64,000 nucleotides of DNA, taken from positions 4,850 to 68,849 of the forward strand of contig JAEYDD010000053.1 of the NCBI GenBank assembly GCA_023404095.1, in the 5' to 3' direction. The notes below the pieces were generated by a model. That model was given only the letters and a program-made list of their open reading frames with translations. It ran no database searches and was not told the DNA's origin. This document shows, piece after piece, positions 1 to 10,347 of the stretch. The stretch comes from Pseudomonadota bacterium (GTDB lineage: Bacteria; Pseudomonadota; Alphaproteobacteria; Rhizobiales; Rhizobiaceae). Position numbers and translations under genes: made by a program. Position 1 is the first letter of the stretch. Each line of letters opens with the position of its first letter.

Positions 1-412
1 GCAGGGCGTGCTCGGCGCCGGCCTCGACCACATCGCCGACATTGGTGCGGAAGGTCAGCACCTGCTCGTCGCCCGCGCCGTGCGCATCCATCTCGACAGC
101 GACGAAGGGCGCATCGACCACGCGGATGCCGACCTTTTCCACAGGTGTCACGAGATAGGTCTTTCCGTCTTCCTCGCGGCGCAAAACGGTGGAAAACAGC
201 CGCACCAGCGGCGCGCGGCCGATGGGCGTACCCATGTAGAACCACGTGCCGTCCGCGCGGATCTCCATGTCGATATCGCCGCAATCAGGTGGATTCCACT
301 TGTCGACCGGCGGCAGACCGCGCTCCCGCCCGCCTTTGTCGGCCGCCGCGCGGGCAATCAGCGCCGCCAGTCCGGCGGCATCGCCCGAAGCCTGAATTTC
401 GCCCTTCGCCAT
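1..412 (-). CDS. DUF1285 family protein (3' end runs off window)
   Basis: Manual minus-strand translation from ATG at 412: [23 protein letters not shown]...[75 protein letters not shown]. Open to the window edge; not in the ORF track. Confidence 0.85.
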   Translation of the reverse strand, partial: MAKGEIQASGDAAGLAALIARAAADKGGRERGLPPVDKWNPPDCGDIDMEIRADGTWFYMGTPIGRAPLVRLFSTVLRREEDGKTYLVTPVEKVGIRVVDAPFVAVEMDAHGAGDEQVLTFRTNVGDVVEAGAEHAL

Positions 413-572
413 TGTTCCGTCCCGGTTGGCCCCTATCTCAAGCTCTTGTGACGAGATAGACATTTCATGCTGACTTGTCAGCAGCAGGAGAGCCGATAAG
501 CTCAAAACTATCGGCCATTGGAACGGCACCCGCCAACCGGCGGGCGGCGGAAAAAGCGATCTGGAGACGATC

Positions 573-1586
573 ATGGGCGTTATGACATCCACCGAAGCAG
601 CTCTGGACGAAAAAGCCGTCATCGCCGCAGCCGAACGCGCGCTTGCAGATATAGCGCTGGTCCGCAAGGAAGTGGGCAAGGTCATCTTCGGACAGGAAAG
701 CGTGGTGGAGCAGACGATGCTCGCGATCCTCTCCGGCGGCCACGCGCTGCTGGTCGGTGTGCCGGGCCTTGCGAAGACGAAGCTGGTGGCGACGCTCGGC
801 ACCGTGCTCGGCCTCGCCTCCAGCCGCATCCAGTTCACCCCTGACCTGATGCCCTCCGACATTCTGGGCTCGGAGGTGATGGACCAGGACGAAAACGGCA
901 AGCGCTCCTTCCGTTTCGTGCCCGGACCGATCTTCACGCAACTGCTGATGGCCGACGAGATCAACCGAGCCTCGCCGCGCACCCAGTCTGCCCTCCTGCA
1001 GGCGATGCAGGAATATCATGTCACCGTTGCCGGCCGCGCCAACGACCTGCCCCGCCCCTTCCACGTGCTGGCGACGCAGAACCCGTTGGAGCAAGAAGGC
1101 ACCTATCCGCTCCCCGAGGCGCAGCTTGACCGCTTCCTGCTGCAGGTCGACGTGGGCTATCCCGACCTCGCCGCCGAGCGCCGTATCCTGCTGGAGACCA
1201 CCGGCACCGCCGAGGCCGAAGCCAGCCAGGCGATCCCGGAGGGCAGGCTGCTGGAAATCCAGACCCTCATCCGCCAGATGCCGATCGGCGAAACCGTGCT
1301 GGACGCGATCCTGGCACTTGTGCGTTCCGCCCGTCCCGGCCATGGCAATGCCCGGACCGACAAGCAGGTCGCCTGGGGACCGGGGCCGCGCGCCGGCCAG
1401 GCGCTGATGCTGTGCGCCCGCGCGCGTGCACTCTACGAGGGCCGCCTCGCGCCGTCGGTGGACGACGTTCTGGCGCTTGCCGAACCGGTGCTGCAGCATC
1501 GCATGGCGCTGACCTTCTCCGCCCGCGCCGAGGGCATATCGGTGCGCGACGTGATTGCCTCGCTCGTCACGCAGGCCCGCGGCTGA
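573..1586 (+). CDS. MoxR family AAA+ ATPase
   Basis: Walker [70 protein letters not shown] upstream. Confidence 0.95.
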   Translation: MGVMTSTEAALDEKAVIAAAERALADIALVRKEVGKVIFGQESVVEQTMLAILSGGHALLVGVPGLAKTKLVATLGTVLGLASSRIQFTPDLMPSDILGSEVMDQDENGKRSFRFVPGPIFTQLLMADEINRASPRTQSALLQAMQEYHVTVAGRANDLPRPFHVLATQNPLEQEGTYPLPEAQLDRFLLQVDVGYPDLAAERRILLETTGTAEAEASQAIPEGRLLEIQTLIRQMPIGETVLDAILALVRSARPGHGNARTDKQVAWGPGPRAGQALMLCARARALYEGRLAPSVDDVLALAEPVLQHRMALTFSARAEGISVRDVIASLVTQARG

Positions 1587-1597
1587 CGGGGCGCGTG

Positions 1598-2518
1598 ATG
1601 GCCTCCATCGGCACCACCGTCGAACGCACCCCTTCCGCAGACGTCCTCTCGCGGGCGCAGGCGCGCGCCGCACTGATGCCGGATTGTCTGGTCGAGGCCC
1701 GCAGGCTGGCCAACACGGTGATCTCCGGCTGGCACGGGCGGCGCAAGCGCGGCATCGGCGAGAACTTCTGGCAGTTCCGCCCCTATGTGGACGGCGAGAG
1801 CCTGTCGCGTATCGACTGGCGCCGCTCCGCCCGAGACGATCACACCTATGTGCGGGACCGCGAATGGGAAGCCGCCCACACGATCTGGCTCTGGGCGGAC
1901 CTGTCGCCGTCGATGATGTACAAGTCAACGCTCGGCAGCGTCTCGAAAGAAAGCCGTGCGCTCGTCCTCATGCTGGCGCTGGCCGAAATCCTGGCGCGCT
2001 CCGGCGAAAGGATCGGCTGCCCGGGCGTCATGGAGCCGATCGCCGCGCGCAATGCGGCAGAACGGCTGGCCACCGCCATCGCCCACAGTCCCCTTTCGGA
2101 CGGGCTGCCGCGCACCGACATGATCCGCGGTTCCAGCGATATCGTGCTCATCGGGGATTTCCTCGATCCGCCGGACAACGTGATGGAACGGCTCGGCCCG
2201 CTGGCGCGCCGGGGCCTGCGCGGCCATGTGGTCGAGATCGCCGATCCGGCCGAGGATCTGTTTCCCTATGCCGGACGGACCGAATTCACCGACCCCGAGA
2301 CCGGCGACAAGCTGACCGCCGGCCGGGCGGAGACCTTGAAGGAGGATTACACACGGGCCTATCAGGCACGGCGCGCGGCCCTGGCCGACAGCTTGCGTCA
2401 TCTCGGCTGGAGCTTCATCGCCCACCGCACAGACCACCTCGCCTCCGAGGCCCTCGTCGCCGTGCACATGTACCTTTCCGGCCTGCCCGCCATGAAGGCC
2501 GGGGGTGAACGCCCATGA
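1598..2518 (+). CDS. DUF58 domain (vWA-like) protein
   Basis: GWHGRRKRGIGENFWQFRPY..IDWRRSAR..ADLSPSM; follows MoxR; start trimmed to ATG 1598. Confidence 0.9.
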   Translation: MASIGTTVERTPSADVLSRAQARAALMPDCLVEARRLANTVISGWHGRRKRGIGENFWQFRPYVDGESLSRIDWRRSARDDHTYVRDREWEAAHTIWLWADLSPSMMYKSTLGSVSKESRALVLMLALAEILARSGERIGCPGVMEPIAARNAAERLATAIAHSPLSDGLPRTDMIRGSSDIVLIGDFLDPPDNVMERLGPLARRGLRGHVVEIADPAEDLFPYAGRTEFTDPETGDKLTAGRAETLKEDYTRAYQARRAALADSLRHLGWSFIAHRTDHLASEALVAVHMYLSGLPAMKAGGERP

Positions 2519-5331
2519 GCGGCCTCGCCTTTGCCTATCCCGCCGTCCTCGCAGCACTGGTGCTCCTGCCCGCGATCTGGTGGCTGCTGCGGCTGACGCC
2601 GCCCAAGCCCGTCGTCGAGGCCTTCCCGCCCTTCCGCATCCTCGCCTCCATCCTCAAGCGCGAGGAGACGCCTGCCAGAAGCCCCTGGTGGCTGACGCTG
2701 CTGCGCATGCTGATGGCAGCCGCCGTCATTCTTGCGATCGCCGACCCGGTGCTCAATCCGCGCGAAAACACGCTCGCCGCCTCCGGCCCGCTTGCCCTTG
2801 TCATCGACAACAGCTGGGCGGCTGCTGGCGACTGGCAGCGCCGGGTAGACACAGCCAGCACGATGATCGACGATGCCGAGGCGCGCGACCTGCCAATCTC
2901 TATCGTATTCACCGTGGACCGCCAGCACGACGCCGTGCCGACAGACGCGCAAACCGCACGCACGCGGCTCGCGGCAGCCCAGCCGCGCCCGCTGCCGGCC
3001 AACCGGCAGGCCGCCGTGGCCGCCCTGAATACCGCGCTCGCCGGCACGCCGCCCGGCACCCTCGCCTTCATCTCCGACGGTATCGCCGCCGGCGACGGCG
3101 ACGGCACGGTCGCAGCACTCCAGGCGCTGAAGCCTGCGCAGATGCGCCTGATCGAGGGCGACGGCCGCAGCGCGCTCGCGCTGACCGACGCCAACAACGA
3201 CGCAGAGGCGATGGTGGTGGCTGCAAGCAGGCTTTCGCCCAGTGAGGCCCGCACGCTCGCCGTCACGGCGCACGACACGCGCGGCCGGCCGATTGGCAAT
3301 GGCACGCTGGCCTTCCGCGCCGGGGAGACGACCGGCAGCGGCAGCATCGCGGCACCCTTCGAGCTTCGCAACGATTTTGCGCAGATCAGCGTCGACGGGC
3401 TGGCGACGGCCGGGGGCACCTATCTTCTGGACGACGGGTTCCGCCGCCGGCGCGTGGCGCTCCTCAGCGGCGAGACGATCGACGCCAGCCAGCCACTGCT
3501 GTCACCGCTGCACTATATCGAAAAGGCGCTCGCCCCCTATTCCGACCTGATCCGGCCGAACGTTTCCGATCTCGCGGCCGCCATTCCGGAACTGCTTGAC
3601 CAGCGTCCCTCAGTGCTGATCATGGCCGATATCGGACGCCTTCCGGAGGAAGCCTATGGCCCGATGCAGAAGTGGCTCGAGGCAGGCGGCATGCTGATCC
3701 GTTTCGCCGGGCCCAGACTTGCGGCCGCCCCTGCCGACGACCCGCTGGTACCGGTGGTGCTTCGCAAGGGCGAGCGCGCGCTCGACGGCGCACTCTCCTG
3801 GTCGGAGCCGCAGCCGCTGGCCGCCTATCCGCCAGGTAGCCCCTTCGCTGGCATGCCGAGCGCCGGCGACATCCTGGTCAAGCGCCAGGTTCTCGCCGAG
3901 CCGACGCCCGACCTTCCGGAGCGCACCTGGGCGAGCCTCGCAGACGGAACCCCGCTCGTGACCACCGGCAAGGTCGGCGCGGGCCGTATCGTCCTGTTCC
4001 ACGTCAGCGCCGAGACGGGATGGTCGAACCTGCCCCTGTCCGGCGACTTCGTCGAGATGCTACGCCGCAGCGTCCAGCTTTCGCGCGGTGGCGGCGTTGC
4101 GGCAAGTGGTGAAGCCCAGGGCCAGCCCCTGCCGCCCTACCGCCTCCTGACCGCCGTCGGCACGCTTTCAACCGACACCGGCGAGGCAAAGCCTCTCGAC
4201 CCCGCCACGGCCGGCAGCACGGCTGCAACCGCCGACAACCCGCCCGGCCTCTACGGCTCGCAGGACGGGTTCGTGGCCCACAATCTGCTGGCCGCCGGGC
4301 AGAGCCTCAAGCCGCTCCCAGCCGGAGACGTCGCATCCCTCATGCGCGAAAGCCTGATCGGACAGATGGCGAAATCGCTGAAACCTGCCCTGTTCCTGAT
4401 CGCAACGCTGCTGCTGATCGCCGACTGCCTGGTGGTGCTGTTCATGAACGGCGCCTTCACGCGCCGCTTCCGGGTGACGCCAGCGCGCGGCGCGACCGCT
4501 CTTGTGGCGGTGGCCGCCGTCGCGCTGACCATGCTGGCGCTCGCCTCGACGCAAGCGCTCGCCGAAGACGCCAAGTCCGGCGACGAGGATCTGCTGCAGC
4601 GGCTCGACACCACCCATCTCGCCTATGTCGTGACCGGGGAGGACGAGGTCGACCGCATCTCAGAGCGCGGGCTTGCAGGCCTCACCGAATTTCTCACCTA
4701 CCGCACCACGCTGGAGCCGGGCGAGCCGATGCCGGTCGATATCACGAAGGACGAGCTTGCGGTCTACCCCCTGATCTACTGGCCTGTCAGCGCGACGGCA
4801 CAGATGCCTTCGCCCGCAGCCGTCGCCCGCATCGATGCCTACATGCGCAATGGCGGCACCGTGCTATTCGACACCCGCGACCAGTATTCGTCGCTGGAGA
4901 ACAGTGCCGACACCAGCCCCAACACGCAGCGGCTGCGCGACATTCTCGCCAACCTCGACATCCCCCCGCTTGAGCCGGTGCCGCCGGATCACGTGCTGAC
5001 GAAGTCCTTCTACCTTCTGAGCAATTTCCCCGGGCGCTATGCCGGCAGCCCCCTCTGGGTCGAAGCAGAACTCGACCAGAGGCAGGATCCCAACCGCCCG
5101 GCCCGCGCCGGCGACGGCGTCTCTCCGATCATGATCACCGGCAACGATTTCGCCGGCGCCTGGGCGATCGACGCCAACGGCATGCCGCTTCTGCCGACCG
5201 TACCGCCGGACGAGGTGCAGCGCGAGCATGCATTCCGCTCCGGCGTCAACATCATGATGTACATGCTCACCGGCAACTACAAGGCGGATCAGGTGCATGT
5301 GCCCGCCCTTCTCGAAAGGCTGGGCCAGTAG
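2515..5331 (+). CDS. Membrane protein with N-terminal BatA-like double TM, vWA-like region and C-terminal DUF4159-like domain
   Basis: N-terminal F.YP.VL..L..LP.IWWLL and PWWLTLLR..LAIADP; VIDNSW; C-terminal GVNIMMYMLTGNYKADQVH; ATGA overlap with the upstream gene. Confidence 0.85.
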   Translation: MSGLAFAYPAVLAALVLLPAIWWLLRLTPPKPVVEAFPPFRILASILKREETPARSPWWLTLLRMLMAAAVILAIADPVLNPRENTLAASGPLALVIDNSWAAAGDWQRRVDTASTMIDDAEARDLPISIVFTVDRQHDAVPTDAQTARTRLAAAQPRPLPANRQAAVAALNTALAGTPPGTLAFISDGIAAGDGDGTVAALQALKPAQMRLIEGDGRSALALTDANNDAEAMVVAASRLSPSEARTLAVTAHDTRGRPIGNGTLAFRAGETTGSGSIAAPFELRNDFAQISVDGLATAGGTYLLDDGFRRRRVALLSGETIDASQPLLSPLHYIEKALAPYSDLIRPNVSDLAAAIPELLDQRPSVLIMADIGRLPEEAYGPMQKWLEAGGMLIRFAGPRLAAAPADDPLVPVVLRKGERALDGALSWSEPQPLAAYPPGSPFAGMPSAGDILVKRQVLAEPTPDLPERTWASLADGTPLVTTGKVGAGRIVLFHVSAETGWSNLPLSGDFVEMLRRSVQLSRGGGVAASGEAQGQPLPPYRLLTAVGTLSTDTGEAKPLDPATAGSTAATADNPPGLYGSQDGFVAHNLLAAGQSLKPLPAGDVASLMRESLIGQMAKSLKPALFLIATLLLIADCLVVLFMNGAFTRRFRVTPARGATALVAVAAVALTMLALASTQALAEDAKSGDEDLLQRLDTTHLAYVVTGEDEVDRISERGLAGLTEFLTYRTTLEPGEPMPVDITKDELAVYPLIYWPVSATAQMPSPAAVARIDAYMRNGGTVLFDTRDQYSSLENSADTSPNTQRLRDILANLDIPPLEPVPPDHVLTKSFYLLSNFPGRYAGSPLWVEAELDQRQDPNRPARAGDGVSPIMITGNDFAGAWAIDANGMPLLPTVPPDEVQREHAFRSGVNIMMYMLTGNYKADQVHVPALLERLGQ

Positions 5332-5332
5332 C

Positions 5333-7402
5333 ATGAGCATCACCTTCTCCCCGCTTTTTCCCTGGTACGTCATCGGCCTGATCGCCGCCATAGCACTTGT
5401 GCTGGCCGGTACCGGGCTCTGGCGGCGGATGCGCGGCGGCGCACTTCGGGCCGCCGCCCTCGCCCTTCTCCTGCTGGCCCTCGCAAATCCCGTCGTGATG
5501 CGCGAGGAGCGCGAGCCACTGTCGACCGTCGTCGCCGTCGTCGTCGACCGCAGCCAGAGCCAGCAGAACGCCGAACGCACGGCGATGACCGATCAGGCGC
5601 TGGAGCAGGTGAAGGACAACCTTGCCCGCTATCCCCGCATCGAGCCGCGTATCGTGGAGGCAGGTGACGATCCGGATTCCGACACCCCTTCCACGCGCCT
5701 GTTCGATGCGCTCACGGCAGCACTGGCCGACGTGCCCCCGTCACGCGTCGGTGGCGCCATCATGATCACCGACGGCCAGATCCACGACATTCCCGATCCC
5801 GCGGCGTTCTCCGCTTTCAATGCGCCGGTGCACGGCCTGATCACCGGTCGTCCGGACGAGTTCGACCGGCGGATCGAGGTGCTGAGCGCTCCGCGCTTCG
5901 GCATCGTCGGCGAGCCGCAGGAACTCAAATTCCGTGTCACCGACGACGGCGAGAGCCCGGGCACCGCGGCGCGCGTCACCATCCGCCTGAACGGCAACGA
6001 GATCGCATCCGAGACGGCGACGCCGGGAGCGGAGACACCCTTCAGCTTCACCGTCCCGCGCGGCGGCAACAACGTCCTGGAATTTGCCGTGGATCCGGTC
6101 GAAGGCGAGATCACCACCGCCAACAACCGCGCCGTCCACGTGATCGACGGCATCCGCGAGAACCTGCGCGTGCTGCTGGTCTCCGGTGAACCGCATGCCG
6201 GCGAGCGCGCCTGGCGCAACCTGCTCAAGTCCGACACGGCGATCGACCTCGTCCACTTCACCATTCTGCGCCCGCCGGAAAAGCAGGACGGTACACCCAT
6301 CAACGAGCTTTCGCTGATCGCCTTCCCCACCCGCGAACTCTTCGTCGACAAGATCAACGAGTTCGACCTGATCATCTTCGACCGCTACCAGCATCGCGGC
6401 GTGCTACCGATCCTCTACTACGACAACATCGCCCAGTACGTCGAAAACGGTGGCGCGCTGCTGATCGCCGCAGGCCCCGAGCATGCCGGCGGCGATTCCA
6501 TCGCGTACACGCCGCTCTCCGTCGTCCTTCCGGCGACGCCCACCGGGGTGATGAACGAAAAGGCCTTCTATCCGCGCCTTTCCGACCAGGGCAAGAAACA
6601 CCCCGTCACCCGCGGCCTCGAAGGCGCATTCGACGAACCGCCGCATTGGGGACGCTGGTTCCGCACCGTCGACGTGGCGCGCCCGCAGGGCAATGTCGTC
6701 ATGGAAGGGGCCGACAGCAATCCGCTTCTGGTGCTCAACCGCTACGGCAAGGGCCGCGTCGCCATGCTGTTGTCCGACCAGGGCTGGCTGTGGGCGCGCG
6801 GCTTCGAAGGCGGCGGCCCTCATGTCTCGCTCTATCGCCGCACCGCCCATTGGCTGATGCAGGAACCGGCGCTTGAGGAAGAGGCGCTGACGGCGCGCAC
6901 CTTCGGCAGGACGCTGGAGATCACCCGCCAGACGATCAAGGATGCGCCAGGCCCCGCAACGGTAAAGCTGCCCTCCGGCCGGACGGAAGCAGTCGAGCTC
7001 AAGGAAAGTGGTCCCGGCCTCTACAAGGCCGAGGTGAAGACCGCCGAAACCGGCCTCTACGAGATCGAGAACGACGGGCTGAACGCCCTGGTCCATGTCG
7101 GCGCCGTCGACGCGCCGGAATTCAAGGCGACCATTTCGACCACCGAGACGCTTGGTCCGCTCGCCGAAAAGACGAAGGGCACGGTGCGTCGGCTGGCCGA
7201 GGCGCAAAACAGCCTGGAGGTCCCGCCGATCCTGCCCGTCTCGGGTTCCGTGCGCACCGCCGACCCGCAGCGCCTCTCGCTGAGCATGACCAACGAGACC
7301 GTGCTGAAGGGGATCGACAGCCTGTCGCTGTTTGCCGGCTTCGCCGGCGTCGGCCTGTTGCTGCTAGCGCTCTCGGCCACCTGGTACCGCGAAGGTCGCT
7401 GA
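5333..7402 (+). CDS. Conserved membrane protein with vWA-like and GATase-like domains
   Basis: N-terminal TMs, VVVDRSQSQ, MITDGQ, LVHFTILRPPEKQDGTP, WLWARGFEGGGPH, C-terminal TM; starts 1 nt after the upstream stop. Confidence 0.85.
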   Translation: MSITFSPLFPWYVIGLIAAIALVLAGTGLWRRMRGGALRAAALALLLLALANPVVMREEREPLSTVVAVVVDRSQSQQNAERTAMTDQALEQVKDNLARYPRIEPRIVEAGDDPDSDTPSTRLFDALTAALADVPPSRVGGAIMITDGQIHDIPDPAAFSAFNAPVHGLITGRPDEFDRRIEVLSAPRFGIVGEPQELKFRVTDDGESPGTAARVTIRLNGNEIASETATPGAETPFSFTVPRGGNNVLEFAVDPVEGEITTANNRAVHVIDGIRENLRVLLVSGEPHAGERAWRNLLKSDTAIDLVHFTILRPPEKQDGTPINELSLIAFPTRELFVDKINEFDLIIFDRYQHRGVLPILYYDNIAQYVENGGALLIAAGPEHAGGDSIAYTPLSVVLPATPTGVMNEKAFYPRLSDQGKKHPVTRGLEGAFDEPPHWGRWFRTVDVARPQGNVVMEGADSNPLLVLNRYGKGRVAMLLSDQGWLWARGFEGGGPHVSLYRRTAHWLMQEPALEEEALTARTFGRTLEITRQTIKDAPGPATVKLPSGRTEAVELKESGPGLYKAEVKTAETGLYEIENDGLNALVHVGAVDAPEFKATISTTETLGPLAEKTKGTVRRLAEAQNSLEVPPILPVSGSVRTADPQRLSLSMTNETVLKGIDSLSLFAGFAGVGLLLLALSATWYREGR

Positions 7403-7427
7403 CGCGCCGACGGATGGTCAACACGAT

Positions 7428-7473
7428 AAGGATGCCCGGGGCGCAGAGCCACGTCCGCGCGCCGGGCATCCTT
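7428..7473. terminator. Hairpin between convergent genes (candidate bidirectional terminator)
   Basis: AAGGATGCCCGG...CCGGGCATCCTT perfect 12-bp inverted repeat. Confidence 0.6.
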
Positions 7474-7486
7474 CGACCCTATCGGC

Positions 7487-8641
7487 CTAGTTGCGCCCCG
7501 GCACGATCACCTGCTTGTCCTTGCGCAGCTTCGCCATGGTGGCGTCGTCGAGGTTGAGATGCTGCTGCACCATGCGTTGCGGCGACAGCGCCATCCACTG
7601 GTTCAGCGAGATGTCGGCGAAGTAGGCGCTCTTGAACATTTCGAGAAAGCGCAACGGTCCCTTGCCGGTGTTCTCGATGTAATGGCCGGTGGCAAAGGGA
7701 ACGTAGCCGACGTCGCCGGCCTGAAAATCGAACGTGCGCGCCTTGCCGCTGGAGGTGAAGGCGGTCATGCGGCCCTGCCCTTCGAGAAAGTACTGCCACT
7801 CGTCGTTGTTGGGGTGCCAGTGCAGTTCACGCAAACCGCCGGGTTCGACCTCGACAAGGGCTGCGGCGATGGTGGAAGCAGCGGGAAAGACCGAGGAATC
7901 GACGATGCGGACCTGTCCGCCCGCAACCTTCATCGGCTGCATCTGCGAAAGCTTGAAGCTGTAGGAAAGCCTGATCGTTCCGCCAGGCGATACCACCCTG
8001 TCTGTGTCCAGCGGGCCGGGAATGTCGCCGGCAAAGATCCACCGGTCATGCTCGACATCGAGGGGCAGGTTGGCAAACGCGGCTTCGGCCACGCCGAAAT
8101 TCCGGGCAAGCACGTCGCGCGGCGTATGCACCAGCCAGTCGCTCAGGAGAAAGGTCTCGTTCTCGGAAAAGTTGCCGTCATCGAAGACCAGCAGGAATTC
8201 GCAGCCTTCTTCCAGTCCCTGGATGGAATGCGGGATGCCGGCGGGAAAGTACCAGATGTCGCCCGGTCCGACGTCGTCGATAAAGTTCGCACCGGAAGGA
8301 TCGACTGCGGTGATGCGCGCGCGGCCTCCCAGCATGTAGCCCCATTCCCCCTCCTTGTGCCAATGCATCTCTCGGATGCCGCCGGGCACCAGGCGCATGT
8401 TCACCCCGGCCATGGTGGTGGCGATGGGTAGCTCGCGAACCGTCACCTCCCGCGCCCAGCCGCCCTTGGCGAGCCTGTTGCGCGCGGCGGAAAAGGAGAA
8501 TTTCAGGTTGGGAACCGTACCCGCGTCGGTATAGGGTGAACGCAGCATATCGGGGTTCTGCCGCTCCAGTTCGGTGTTGCGCGGCCCCATGATGGTGGCG
8601 CCAAGCGCCCCGATGATAGGCTCAATGCTGTCCTCGGACAT
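7487..8641 (-). CDS. oxdC: Oxalate decarboxylase family bicupin (Mn-dependent)
   Basis: Two cupin motifs [12 protein letters not shown] and [27 protein letters not shown]; lid FSENETF like SENST of Bacillus OxdC; GAGGAG RBS. Confidence 0.9.
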   Translation of the reverse strand: MSEDSIEPIIGALGATIMGPRNTELERQNPDMLRSPYTDAGTVPNLKFSFSAARNRLAKGGWAREVTVRELPIATTMAGVNMRLVPGGIREMHWHKEGEWGYMLGGRARITAVDPSGANFIDDVGPGDIWYFPAGIPHSIQGLEEGCEFLLVFDDGNFSENETFLLSDWLVHTPRDVLARNFGVAEAAFANLPLDVEHDRWIFAGDIPGPLDTDRVVSPGGTIRLSYSFKLSQMQPMKVAGGQVRIVDSSVFPAASTIAAALVEVEPGGLRELHWHPNNDEWQYFLEGQGRMTAFTSSGKARTFDFQAGDVGYVPFATGHYIENTGKGPLRFLEMFKSAYFADISLNQWMALSPQRMVQQHLNLDDATMAKLRKDKQVIVPGRN

Positions 8642-8783
8642 GGCTCTCTCCTCTGAAAACGCCGGACTTTTTCAGGTCCCGGCCGCATATGCGCGCGTGC
8701 AAGATGGTCCGCCACGGGCATCCGCGACGTTGAAGCTTCTTGAATTCGCCGATCGGGGTGGCGCTCCGCCTCCCCCTCCATGC

Positions 8784-9272
8784 CTATCGAAGCGCGCCTT
8801 CGACCGCTTGCGCGATCCATTCTTCCGGCGTGACGCCGGCCTGGCTGGCGCGCTCGCTCACCGCCGCAGCGGTGTCCGGATCCAGCGGAACGTGAAACAC
8901 CAGATCCTCGACGTTGCTTTCGGCAAGCACCGTCCTGCTCGCCTGCGCTGCGAACGCCCTCACGCGTGACGCCTTCTCATCGTCGCTCAGTCCTTCTTCG
9001 GCAGCGACCGCCGGGCAATAGAAGGCGATCAGGTGATTGATGGCGTCGTCGGACCACAGTCCCTGCTCGCGCAGGAAAGCGGCAGCCGCCTGCAACTCGG
9101 CCGGCAGTTCCAGCATCAGGCCCTTGGCGCCGAGACGATCGACCTCCGCCGGAACGGCGGGCGTGTCGAGTTCTTCAAGCCGCGGGCATTCGAGCCCTGC
9201 CGCCCGCGCCGGACTGCCGCTCGCAGCCACGCATGCGCCGACAATGGCAATCGCAAAGGCGACGGTCTTCAT
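8784..9272 (-). CDS. Hypothetical secreted protein, 162 aa
   Basis: GGAG RBS then MKTVAFAIAIVGACVAASGSPARA signal peptide; two CP motifs in the mature part; same strand and upstream of oxdC. Confidence 0.7.
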   Translation of the reverse strand: MKTVAFAIAIVGACVAASGSPARAAGLECPRLEELDTPAVPAEVDRLGAKGLMLELPAELQAAAAFLREQGLWSDDAINHLIAFYCPAVAAEEGLSDDEKASRVRAFAAQASRTVLAESNVEDLVFHVPLDPDTAAAVSERASQAGVTPEEWIAQAVEGALR

Positions 9273-9506
9273 GGATGACACTCCCGAACAAGTCCGCGTC
9301 CGCCGCGGCGTTTTCTTCTGCGCCCCATAGTATAGGAACGGCATTTCGGGACAACTATACTGGCGTCTCCCGCCCCATCCGCAGGCATGGCCACGATAAA
9401 CCATGGTATGGATTGAAATCAGTCGGATCCGGCGAAAGCGGACAAGCCGCGGGAGAGACCGCGTGCGACGAATCCAGCGGGAATGGCCGCGCGGGCAGGC
9501 GCTGTC

Positions 9507-10064
9507 TCAGCTCGCGACCGCAAGCTCCAGCGGCTGGGCTGCAGCCTCCTCCGGCCGCCAGCCGATCGTACCTTTCAGGCGGTCATGCGTGTCGGAGACA
9601 AACGGCACGACCAGAACCCGCTTCGGATCGACCGGTCCTGGGAAGGTCAGCGCGTTATAGGCGACCTTCTCGAAGCCCAGAGGGCCATAATAGGGCGGAT
9701 CGCCGACGAGGATGACGGCCTCCGAGCCCTTCCGCTTTGCCGCTTCGACGGCGATCCGGACCAGTTCACGCCCGATGCCCCGGTTCTTGTGCGAAGGCCG
9801 CACCGCGAGCGGACCGAGAAGATGGCCCTTCACCGACCCTGCCATGACCGGCGTCATACGGACCGATGCGATCGTCTCGCCATCGTCGGCGCAGATGAAG
9901 GAAAGCGAAAGGTCGTGCGGCCCCTGCTCCCGGATGCGGGCGGCGGCGCGCACATGCCGTCCGGGGCCGAAGGCTTCTTCGTTGATGATTTCGATGGCTG
10001 CGTCGTGGGACGCGTCTTCGGTCAGGTAGACGAGGTCGTGCTTGGACAGGTCGTGTTTGGACAT
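9507..10064 (-). CDS. GNAT N-acetyltransferase (YhbS-like)
   Basis: LLGPLAVRPSHKNRGIGRELV and VILVGDPPYYGPLGF motifs; start at ATG 10064. Confidence 0.9.
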   Translation of the reverse strand: MSKHDLSKHDLVYLTEDASHDAAIEIINEEAFGPGRHVRAAARIREQGPHDLSLSFICADDGETIASVRMTPVMAGSVKGHLLGPLAVRPSHKNRGIGRELVRIAVEAAKRKGSEAVILVGDPPYYGPLGFEKVAYNALTFPGPVDPKRVLVVPFVSDTHDRLKGTIGWRPEEAAAQPLELAVAS

Positions 10065-10128
10065 GGGATCGGAAACCGTATGCGAGACAACAAGAGATGG
10101 CTTCGCCTCGAGGGAGGCGTCTTGAGCA

Positions 10129-10200
10129 TCAGCGTCGTCGCGGGTTTCCTGCAAAGAACATCGTTCGAACCGAGCGTTCCTCATCATGCCACGGCGGCAT
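10129..10200 (-). CDS. Candidate leader peptide MPPWHDEERSVRTMFFAGNPRRR (speF-leader-like element)
   Basis: Manual translation; CAGGA RBS; ends CCG CGA CGA CGC TGA; TTGACA -35 at 10245-10240. Confidence 0.6.
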   Translation of the reverse strand: MPPWHDEERSVRTMFFAGNPRRR

Positions 10201-10347
10201 GAATTTCCTGAACAGCGCCGATAGCAGAAAATTGCCGGCTGTCAAAGCCCAAAACGCACTGTTCAGAAAATAGAGCCTATTCGCGCGCGCTCGTTTCACT
10301 ATCTATCTTTTCAGACAAGACGAAGAGGAAATCGAAGGAGATCAGGC

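Noticed and set aside
9329..9361. AGTATAG...CTATACT inverted repeat upstream of the oxdC partner gene
   Set aside because: Arms are only 7 bp with a long spacer, there is no second copy and no known regulator matches; it could be chance.
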